DNA of 64,000 nucleotides from Myxococcales bacterium. Lineage in GTDB: Bacteria > Myxococcota_A > Polyangia > Polyangiales > DASUME01. The stretch lies in the NCBI GenBank assembly GCA_047601445.1, contig JASGJH010000001.1:2080001-2144000 (forward strand), written 5' to 3'. Below are positions 10,242 through 17,451 of this stretch, one piece after another. The position numbers were made by a program, and so were the translations under genes. The first letter of the stretch is position 1. Each line of letters starts with the position of its first letter. Under the pieces are notes generated by a model. That model ran no database searches. It saw only the letters and a program-made list of their open reading frames with translations, and was not told where the DNA came from.

Positions 10242-11176
10242 TTGGGCTTGGCTTGCGCGCCGTCGCTGGTCTTACTGGCCTGCGCGCGCGCCACGATGGA
10301 AGCGATGGCTTCGTTGGCGGCCTTGCGCACCGAGGGCGGCGACCCCGGCGCGGCATAGGGCCTGAGCTTGGGCGTGGCGTCGGACGTACCCACCTGGCCC
10401 AGCGCCGCGATCAGTCGCAGCCGTTGCGCTTGATCTTGGTTCGCGGCGGCCAGCAGCTTGAACAGCGCATCGCTCTTCTGGGGACTCTTGATGGCCGCGA
10501 TGGAATTGGTGACTTCCGCCTTCTCCTCGTCGTCGCGCTCCCCCTTGGACACGTACTGCACCAGCGGCTCGAGAGCGGCCGGATCGCCGATGCGCCCCAG
10601 GCTCAGCACCGCCGAGACGCGCACCGAGCGCACGGGATCGGAGAGCAGGCGAATCACGTCGTGGGTCACGCGAGGCTCACCGATCACGCCGAGCGCCTGC
10701 ACCGACCACTCTCGCACCGCGGGTTCCGAATCGGACAAGTGACGGACCAACGCATCGATGGCCGAGGGGTCCGGCAAGCGCCAGAGGGCCGCCGCCGCCA
10801 CCACACGCACGTCGGGACTCTTGTCTTCGAGGGCCGCAATCAAGTCGGGCACCGCGTCTCGCACGCCAAGCCGGCCCAGGGCTCTGCCCGCCGCAGCGCG
10901 CACCAGCGGCTCGGGATCGCTCTTGAGCAGTGGGCGCAGCACATTGGCGATCTCGTGCCGGACGCGATAGCCGCGACGCCCCATCTCGTCCGCCGCGGAC
11001 GCGCGATCGGCGGCGTTGGGAGACTTGAGGCGCTCGAGGGCAGAACGAAAGGCTTCTTCGTTCTGCCCGCCCGGGACCTGGGCTGGTGCCGGAGCCTGCG
11101 CCCGCGCCGAACCCGCACCAGCCAGCGTCGCCCCCAGCAAGCAGCCGCACAAAGACAAGCGAATTACCCAGCCCAT
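10238..11176 (-). CDS. Exported HEAT-repeat protein
   Basis: Repeats 'DPEPLVRAAAGRALGRLG', 'DKSPDVRVVAAAALWRL', 'DSEPAVREWSVQALGVIG'. Hydrophobic signal-like N-terminus. Alternative start 11290. Confidence 0.8.
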   Translation of the reverse strand: MGWVIRLSLCGCLLGATLAGAGSARAQAPAPAQVPGGQNEEAFRSALERLKSPNAADRASAADEMGRRGYRVRHEIANVLRPLLKSDPEPLVRAAAGRALGRLGVRDAVPDLIAALEDKSPDVRVVAAAALWRLPDPSAIDALVRHLSDSEPAVREWSVQALGVIGEPRVTHDVIRLLSDPVRSVRVSAVLSLGRIGDPAALEPLVQYVSKGERDDEEKAEVTNSIAAIKSPQKSDALFKLLAAANQDQAQRLRLIAALGQVGTSDATPKLRPYAAPGSPPSVRKAANEAIASIVARAQASKTSDGAQAKPK

Positions 11177-11286
11177 GCTCCCCGACCTCGTCGACCCATC
11201 TTCCGCTCGGCCTGGCGCGTCCTCGCGCCCACCGAGCCGGGTCGCACCCTCCCACGACGCGAGGCCGTCGTCATGATTCAGGGGAC

Positions 11287-13068
11287 TCATCGACCCGGCT
11301 TCGCGCGGGTGGAGGTCTCGCCCTTACCGGGAGCCGGCAAACGTGCGGTAGACAACACATCTCGCACCGAAGGTAGGGCACTGAGCGCGCGAACCACCGG
11401 TTCGGCGGCGTCCTGGATGCCGCCCAGGACGCGAGATAGCTCGGTCTCGAGCTCCTCGACCCGTTGCCGCACCTGCTGAAGCTCGGCCTCGGCCTCGGCC
11501 GTGACGATACCGAGTCGCCCTTTGAGCTGCGCGACCTGGAAGTTGAGGTCTTCCCGCTCCCGCTCGGCCGAATGCACGCGTGCACGCAGCGCGGGCAGCT
11601 GCGCCTCCGCCTCGAGCCAAAGCGCCGCCTGTCCTCCGATTTGGCGCAGGCGCTCGGCCAGGGCAGTGTTCATCGCCAGACGTCCGACGCGCGGCTGCGC
11701 CAGCTCGTACACCGCGGAGAACAGTGGCTGAGCCAGCTCGTTCAAGCGCGACTCGGCTTGCGCATAGCCCTCGGCGGCGTCGGCGATACGGCGTGCCACG
11801 CGCGACTCATCTTGCCCCAGTTCATCGACCGCGCGGCCCATCCGCAGACGCGAGGCACGCACGTGATCCTCGTGCTCCTTGGCCCGCAGCAAGTTGTCCC
11901 CGAGTTCCTTGCGCATGGCGCGCGCGCGGTTCACCAACTGTTGCAGCTCGGTCATGCTGGCCCGCACCTCGTTCGGCGGGCTGCCGCTCGGATAGGCGCG
12001 GGGCAACATGTCCTGATACAGGTCCACGCGCGCAGCCCAGCTCTCCTCGGCGGCGTCGAGCCACGGCTGCGTGGCCTGCGGCTCGATCATCGGAACGGAC
12101 ATCATCCCGGAGCGTCGCGGTGGACGCGAAGGGCGGCTGCCTTGCAGCTCGTCCAGGATGGAACTCAGCTCGTCGGCCAAGTGGTACGCGTCGGAGAAGC
12201 GCTCCCCCGGGTGCTTGGCGAGCATGCGCAGCACGAGCGCGTCGATCTTGCCTCGCAGCGGCAGATCCGGGCGCAGCGACGACGGTGGACTCGGCGGCAC
12301 CTGCAGGTGCTTGAGCACCACCTCCGGGCTCGGCCCCTCGAACGGCAAACTGCCCGTCAGCATCTCGTAGAGCACGCAGCCGAGGGCGTACTGGTCCGCC
12401 TGACCCGTCAACGGCTCGCCTCGCGCCTGCTCCGGCGCCAGGTACTCGGGGGTGCCGAAGACCTTCCCGGTGGCGGTGAGCCGGTGTTCGCCGACCACCT
12501 TTGCCAAACCGAAATCCAGCAGCTTCACGAAGTCCGCGCCGCGCCGCTGCTGTACGAAGACGTTGTCGGGCTTGACGTCGCGGTGGATCACGTCGAGTTC
12601 GTGGGCGCGTGCCAGCGCCGTGGCCAACTGGTGGGCAATGGTCAGCGCTCGAACCGGCTCCAGCGGGCCCGCTCCGATGACCTTGCCGAGCGGCTCGCCC
12701 TCCAGGTACTCCATCACCAGGAAGACCAGACCATCGGAGGTCTCGCCAAAGTCCGTGATGTCGATGATGTGCTCGTGATCGATGCGGTTGGCGGCTCTGG
12801 CTTCGCGCAAGAAACGCTCGCGTGCAGCCGGATCACGGGCATAGCGGGGTGACAGGAACTTGAGCGCGACATCGCGGCCCACCAGCTGATGGCGACCTCG
12901 ATAGACCGCCCCCATGCCGCCCGTGCCGATTAACTCGGACACCACGTAGCGCCCGCCGATCGTGCGACCGACAAGGGGATCGGGCAGCGGCTCGAGCTGC
13001 GTGCCGTCGAACGGACAAACCCGTGCCTCAGATGTGAATCGTGATTGGCAGACCGGGCAGTGCTGCAA
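11287..13068 (-). CDS. Hanks-type Ser/Thr protein kinase with N-terminal Zn-ribbon and C-terminal coiled coil
   Basis: CPVC...CPFDG, GTGGMG, VALK, HRDVKPDN, DFG, GTPEYLAPE. No transmembrane segment seen. Start uncertain (TTG 13068; ORF extends to 13131). Confidence 0.92.
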   Translation of the reverse strand: MQHCPVCQSRFTSEARVCPFDGTQLEPLPDPLVGRTIGGRYVVSELIGTGGMGAVYRGRHQLVGRDVALKFLSPRYARDPAARERFLREARAANRIDHEHIIDITDFGETSDGLVFLVMEYLEGEPLGKVIGAGPLEPVRALTIAHQLATALARAHELDVIHRDVKPDNVFVQQRRGADFVKLLDFGLAKVVGEHRLTATGKVFGTPEYLAPEQARGEPLTGQADQYALGCVLYEMLTGSLPFEGPSPEVVLKHLQVPPSPPSSLRPDLPLRGKIDALVLRMLAKHPGERFSDAYHLADELSSILDELQGSRPSRPPRRSGMMSVPMIEPQATQPWLDAAEESWAARVDLYQDMLPRAYPSGSPPNEVRASMTELQQLVNRARAMRKELGDNLLRAKEHEDHVRASRLRMGRAVDELGQDESRVARRIADAAEGYAQAESRLNELAQPLFSAVYELAQPRVGRLAMNTALAERLRQIGGQAALWLEAEAQLPALRARVHSAEREREDLNFQVAQLKGRLGIVTAEAEAELQQVRQRVEELETELSRVLGGIQDAAEPVVRALSALPSVRDVLSTARLPAPGKGETSTRAKPGR

Positions 13069-13142
13069 CGGATCCCCCTCAAACACGTCGAGCGAGCGAA
13101 GACGATAGCGCTCATGGGAATGCCCGAGCAACTGAGCAGGAG

Positions 13143-13174
13143 ATTCTTGACTTTTCCGATGGGTGAACTAGGGT
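13143..13174 (+). promoter_or_regulatory. Putative sigma70 promoter and Rrf2-type operator half-site for the sulfur operon
   Basis: TTGACT (13147-13152), 16 bp, TAGGGT (13169-13174). ATTCTTGACT resembles IscR/Rrf2-type half-sites. Confidence 0.4.
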
Positions 13175-13197
13175 TGTCCGGTTTTCGTGAGGTCTGC

Positions 13198-13656
13198 GTG
13201 AAGCTCTCCAGCCGGGGTCGCTACAGCGTCCGTGCCATGTTCGATATCGCGTTCCACGGCGAAGGCGCCGCGGCGCAGATCAAGGACATCGCCGAGCGCC
13301 AGGGCATCCCGCCGCGGTTCCTGGAGCAGATCTTCCAGGACCTGAGGCGAGCAGGCCTGGTCTCGAGCAAGCGCGGCCCCCGCGGCGGCTACCACCTCGC
13401 CCGAGCTGCCCGTGAGATTTCGGTGGGCGAAATCGTGCGCGCTGTGGAAGGGCCCCTGAGCCTGTGCGCCGGGGAGGAAGACGCAGCAGATAGCGGCGAC
13501 GTCGCGAGCATCGGGGTCACCGAGAACATGTTCCGCGACCTATCCGCGCGCGTGGCCGCCTGTTTCGACCAGGTCACGCTCGAGGACCTCTCGGACCAGG
13601 CCCAGCGCCAAGGTGTTCGCCGGGGCAATCCCGGCGGCTATGTCTACGTCATCTAG
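13198..13656 (+). CDS. cymR: Rrf2-family transcriptional regulator, CymR-like
   Basis: 'KLSSRGRYSVRAM', 'FLEQIFQDLRRAGLVSSKRGPRGGYHLA'. Lacks the IscR three-Cys cluster. C-terminal 'GGYVYVI'. Directly upstream of cysK. Confidence 0.75.
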   Translation: MKLSSRGRYSVRAMFDIAFHGEGAAAQIKDIAERQGIPPRFLEQIFQDLRRAGLVSSKRGPRGGYHLARAAREISVGEIVRAVEGPLSLCAGEEDAADSGDVASIGVTENMFRDLSARVAACFDQVTLEDLSDQAQRQGVRRGNPGGYVYVI

Positions 13657-13671
13657 TAGAGTTCGAACCCC

Positions 13672-14598
13672 ATGACAGCTCCGGTCGTCGACAACGTCCT
13701 CTCTCTCATCGGCAACACGCCCCTGGTGCGCCTGCGACGGGTCGTGCCGGAAGGCGCCGCGGCGGTGTGGGCGAAGTGTGAGCAGCTGAATCCCGGCGGA
13801 TCGGTCAAAGACCGCATCGCGCTTGCGATGATCGAAGCGGCGGAGCGCGACGGCAGACTCAAGCCCGGGGACACGGTGGTGGAGCCCACCAGCGGCAACA
13901 CCGGCATCGGTCTGGCCCTGGTGTGCGCGCGCAAGGGCTACAAGCTCGTGCTGACCATGCCCGAAAGCATGTCGCTCGAGCGCCGCGCGCTGCTGGAGGC
14001 CTATGGGGTCGAGATCGTGCTCACGGCGGCCGAGCGCGTGATGGAAGGGGCCATCGAGGCCGCCCAGGAAATCCTGGCCGAGCGCAAGGCCTTCATGCCG
14101 AGTCAGTTCGACAACCCCGAGAATCCGAACGCCCATCGCCGGCAAACGGCCCAGGAGATTTTGGCGGCGCTCGAGGGCGAACCGCTGCACGCGCTGGTGG
14201 CCGCGGTGGGCACGGGTGGAACCGTAAGCGGCGTGGGCGAGGAGCTCAAGGCCAAGCACCCGAGCCTCAAGGTGATCGCTGTGGAGCCCGAGGCGAGCCC
14301 CGTGCTGGCGGGCGGCGAGCCAGGTCCCACCAAGATTCAGGGCATCGGCGCAGGCTTCGTCCCGGGCAACTTCCATCACCAGGTGGTGGACGAGATCCGC
14401 CAGGTGGCCGATCGAGATGCCTACGAGATGAAGATCCGGCTAGCCAAGGAAGAAGGCCTGCTGGTGGGTATCAGCGCCGGCGCCAACGTGCGCGTGGCCG
14501 CGCAGCTGGCCAAGGAGTTGGGCCCCGGAAAAACGGTGGTCACGGTGCTGTGCGACACCGGTGAGCGCTACTTCAGCCTGGACGAGTACTTCAAGTGA
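13672..14598 (+). CDS. cysK: Cysteine synthase A (O-acetylserine sulfhydrylase)
   Basis: 'NPGGSVKDRIA' (PLP Lys), 'EPTSGNTG', 'GTGGT', 'KIQGIGAGF', 'DTGERY'. Confidence 0.92.
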   Translation: MTAPVVDNVLSLIGNTPLVRLRRVVPEGAAAVWAKCEQLNPGGSVKDRIALAMIEAAERDGRLKPGDTVVEPTSGNTGIGLALVCARKGYKLVLTMPESMSLERRALLEAYGVEIVLTAAERVMEGAIEAAQEILAERKAFMPSQFDNPENPNAHRRQTAQEILAALEGEPLHALVAAVGTGGTVSGVGEELKAKHPSLKVIAVEPEASPVLAGGEPGPTKIQGIGAGFVPGNFHHQVVDEIRQVADRDAYEMKIRLAKEEGLLVGISAGANVRVAAQLAKELGPGKTVVTVLCDTGERYFSLDEYFK

Positions 14599-15344
14599 AC
14601 GCAACGGCACAGACAGTCACGAGCGCCGCGGATGGACGCGGCGTGCTGGTGATCGGAGTCGGCGGACTCTCGTCACCCGCGCTGTCCGTGCTGGTGGAAA
14701 GCGGCGTGCGACGTCTGACGCTGATCGACGCGGACCGCGTGGACGAGACCAACTTGCAGCGCCAAACCCTGTTCTCCGAGGCCGACGTTGGCCGCCCCAA
14801 GGTGGAAGCCGCCGCGGAACGCCTGCGCTCGCTGAGCCCGGAGCCGCTGCAGCTGGAGCTCATCGAGGGCCGTTTTGCCCCCGAAAACGCCCGGGACGTC
14901 GTGGCGGGACATCGCTTGGTGCTCGAAGGAGCCGACAACTACGCCACCAAGTTCCTGGCGGCGGACACCGCCAAGCTCGAAGGACTATCGGTGGTACAGG
15001 CCGGCGCCGTACGACTCTCGGGGTGGGCCCTGGCGGCCCTGCCCGATGCAGGTCCCTGTCTGCGCTGCGTGTTCGAAGACATCCCACGCGGACAGCCCGA
15101 GACCTGCGCGGTCGCGGGCGTGCTCGGTCCGGTGGTGGGCGTGCTCGGTGCGCTCGAAGCGGCCCTCGCGGTTCAGCTCCTGCTCGGTCAGACTCGCGCC
15201 GCCGGCGTGCTCTGGAGCTACGATGCGCCGGCCGGGCGCCTGCGCAGGCGTCGTGTGTCCCCCAGGGCAGGCTGCGCGCTGTGCAGCGGCGAAATCACCA
15301 CGCTCGACCTCGAGCGCTACGACAGCAACCACTGCGCTGCCTAG
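14595..15344 (+). CDS. MoeB/ThiF-family (E1-like) adenylyltransferase lacking the N-terminal RYxR helix
   Basis: 'VLVIGVGGLS', 'DADRVDETNLQRQ', 'GRPKVEAA', 'GADN', Zn pairs CLRC/CALC, 'TCAVAGVLGP'. No rhodanese domain. Confidence 0.88.
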   Translation: MNATAQTVTSAADGRGVLVIGVGGLSSPALSVLVESGVRRLTLIDADRVDETNLQRQTLFSEADVGRPKVEAAAERLRSLSPEPLQLELIEGRFAPENARDVVAGHRLVLEGADNYATKFLAADTAKLEGLSVVQAGAVRLSGWALAALPDAGPCLRCVFEDIPRGQPETCAVAGVLGPVVGVLGALEAALAVQLLLGQTRAAGVLWSYDAPAGRLRRRRVSPRAGCALCSGEITTLDLERYDSNHCAA

Positions 15345-15376
15345 CGGCGCAAACACCTTCTGCAAAGGAGCCATCG

Positions 15377-15652
15377 ATGCCTATTACCGTTCGAATCCCA
15401 ACCCCCCTGCGCACCCTCACCGGCGGAGCCGACGAAGTCACCATCGAAGGCGGCAACGTCGGAGAGGTCATCGAGAACCTCGAAAAAAAGCACCCGGGCA
15501 TCAAGGAGCGTCTCTGCGACGAAAAGGGCAACGTACGCCGCTTCGTCAACGTCTACGCCAACGAAGAGGACATCCGCTTCCTCGACAACCTGGCGACGAC
15601 TCTCAAAGAGGGCGACTCGGTGAGCATCGTCCCCGCCATCGCGGGCGGCTGA
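15377..15652 (+). CDS. Ubiquitin-like sulfur carrier (CysO/MoaD/ThiS family)
   Basis: 91 aa, 'VRIPTPLR', 'RRFVNVYANEEDIRFL', C-terminal 'PAIAGG'. AAGGAG RBS. Confidence 0.92.
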   Translation: MPITVRIPTPLRTLTGGADEVTIEGGNVGEVIENLEKKHPGIKERLCDEKGNVRRFVNVYANEEDIRFLDNLATTLKEGDSVSIVPAIAGG

Positions 15653-15666
15653 AGGAAGAACTCGTC

Positions 15667-16041
15667 GTGCCGCTCAACGCTCGCCAGCGCACTCGCTATG
15701 CACGCCACCTGCTCCTGCCCGAAGTGGGCCTTGTGGGGCAGGAGCGTCTGGTGGAAGCGCGTTTGGGGCTGGGCGAGAGCGCCGATCCGCGCGCTGCCAA
15801 GGTGGCGCAGCTGTATCTCGAGCGGGCCGGCGTGAGCGTGGAGAGCGACGCTGCGCTGCGCGTTCGAGTGGCCGACACCGACTCGGTCCGCCGCCTGGCG
15901 GGAAGCCCCGCGCTCGAGCCAGCGGCAGCGGCACTAGCGGGCGCGCTCGGCGCCGTGGAAGCCATCAAAGAAGTGTTGCAGTTGGGAGCCAAAGGCGACG
16001 TGTCGCTGGCTCCGCTGTCTCTGGTACCGGAGGACGTGTGA
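15667..16041 (+). CDS. Mini MoeB-like protein (N-terminal RYxR helix plus dimerisation helices, no nucleotide-binding motif)
   Basis: GTG 15667. 'RYARHLLLPEVGLVGQERL', 'AQLYLERAGV', 'AGALGAVEAIKEVL'. Stop overlaps the next GTG. Confidence 0.7.
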   Translation: MPLNARQRTRYARHLLLPEVGLVGQERLVEARLGLGESADPRAAKVAQLYLERAGVSVESDAALRVRVADTDSVRRLAGSPALEPAAAALAGALGAVEAIKEVLQLGAKGDVSLAPLSLVPEDV

Positions 16042-16964
16042 GCCGCTTCAAGCGCATCGATTCGATCGTCGAGGCCGTGGGCAACACGCCGTTGGTGCGC
16101 CTGCGCAGCATCGAGCGCGACGCCCCCGGCGTGAAGATCTACCTCAAGCTCGAGTACACCAACCCGGGTGGCTCGGTGAAAGACCGCCCTGCCCTGCAGA
16201 TGCTCACCGATGCGATCAAGGACGGGCGCTTCACCAGGGACAAGATCCTCGTGGACGCCACCAGCGGCAACACGGGCGTCGCGCTCTCTTTATTCGGCGC
16301 TTGCCTCGGCTACCGCATCGCGCTGGTGATGCCTTCCAACGTCTCGCAAGCCCGCAAGAACATCACCCAGGCCTTCGGCACCCAGCTCATCTACAGCGAT
16401 CCCATGGAGGGCTCCGACGGCGCCATCCGCCTGGTGCGCAAGCTGGTGGCCGAGGAACCCGACAAGTACTTCTACTCGGACCAGTACTCGAACCCGAGCA
16501 ACCCCAGGGCACATTACCTCGGGACCGGTCGGGAGATCCTCGAGCAGGTGGGCGACGAGATCACCCACTTCGTGACCGGACTCGGCACCAGCGGCACCAT
16601 GATGGGGACCACCCGTCGTCTGCGGGAGCACTCGCGGAAGATCACCTGCATCGCCGCCGAGCCCGCGGAGGCGCTGCATGGCCTTGAGGGGCTCAAGCAC
16701 ATGCCGAGCTCCATCGTGCCGAACATTTACGACCCGAACCTCGCCGACGAGCTCTTGCCCGTGCCCACCGAGGGCGGCTGGGACATGGCGGACCGCCTCG
16801 CGCGCGAGGAAGGACTGCACGTGGGGCACTCGACCGGCGCCAACGTGTGGGCCGCGCTCACCGTGGCCAAGCGAGTCAAAGAAGGCTGCGTGGTGACCAT
16901 CGCCTGCGACCGCGGCGACCGCTACTTCGCTCCGATGCGCTGGGAGAAGCAGTATGAGTGGTGA
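16038..16964 (+). CDS. PLP-dependent cysteine synthase, CysM-like (probably sulfur-carrier dependent)
   Basis: 'NPGGSVKDRPA', 'DATSGNTG', 'GLGTSGT', 'GLEGLKHM'. Lies between the CysO-like and Mec-like genes. Confidence 0.85.
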   Translation: MSRFKRIDSIVEAVGNTPLVRLRSIERDAPGVKIYLKLEYTNPGGSVKDRPALQMLTDAIKDGRFTRDKILVDATSGNTGVALSLFGACLGYRIALVMPSNVSQARKNITQAFGTQLIYSDPMEGSDGAIRLVRKLVAEEPDKYFYSDQYSNPSNPRAHYLGTGREILEQVGDEITHFVTGLGTSGTMMGTTRRLREHSRKITCIAAEPAEALHGLEGLKHMPSSIVPNIYDPNLADELLPVPTEGGWDMADRLAREEGLHVGHSTGANVWAALTVAKRVKEGCVVTIACDRGDRYFAPMRWEKQYEW

Positions 16965-17451
16965 TCGTCCCTGGATCGCGGGTGACCTGGAGATCTCGCG
17001 CGAAGTGCTGGCTGAAATCGAGGCCCACGCGCTCGCGACCTATCCGAGCGAGTGTTGCGGCTTCGTGAGCGGGCCCCAGAGCCAGGCCAAGCTGCTCGAC
17101 GCCTACGTGCGCGAAGAGAACGAGGCCGACAAATATCACAAGCTCGACCCGGAGACGTTCCCGCGGACGTCACGGACGTACTTCAAGATCAACGAGCTCA
17201 GGGCCGCCAAGGCCTTCGACGCCGGCGACAAGAACGGCCGCCCGATCAAGGTCATCTATCATTCGCACTGTGACGCCGGCGCTTACTTCTCGCAGGAAGA
17301 CGCCGCCACGTTCGCCTCCGACAAACAGCTGATGTGGCCCTGCGCCTTCATCGTGGTGAGCGTGCAGAACGGCCAGCTCGCCGAGCGAAAGCTGTGGATC
17401 CACGTGCCCGGTACCAACGATTTCCGCGAATCCTCCCTGACCGTCCGATGA
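16954..17451 (+). CDS. JAMM/Mov34 metallopeptidase (Mec-like, CysO-cysteine peptidase)
   Basis: 'YPSECCG' and JAMM motif 'YHSHCDAGAYFSQED'. Confidence 0.88.
   Translation: MSGDRPWIAGDLEISREVLAEIEAHALATYPSECCGFVSGPQSQAKLLDAYVREENEADKYHKLDPETFPRTSRTYFKINELRAAKAFDAGDKNGRPIKVIYHSHCDAGAYFSQEDAATFASDKQLMWPCAFIVVSVQNGQLAERKLWIHVPGTNDFRESSLTVR

Noticed and set aside
10109..12852. Long + strand ORFs (456 and 462 aa) opposite the HEAT and kinase genes
   Set aside because: Antisense shadows typical of high-GC codon bias, with no motifs. The same applies to 26801-28327 and many other ORFs in the track.
14561..15376. Long N-terminal extensions on the sulfur carrier (363 aa ORF) and mini-MoeB (388 aa ORF)
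   Set aside because: They overlap the real MoeB gene in other frames. The RBS and motif positions support starts at 15377 and 15667.
15667..16041. Mini-MoeB as a pseudogene or frameshifted half of the upstream moeB
   Set aside because: It lies downstream of the carrier gene, has no internal stops, is coupled to cysM, and retains the parts complementary to the large subunit. Not fully excluded without comparative data.
14595..17451. E1/Ubl/JAB genes as an anti-phage ubiquitin-like system (Bil, CBASS Cap2/3)
   Set aside because: No E2 or CD-NTase. Interleaved cysteine synthases point to sulfur transfer.
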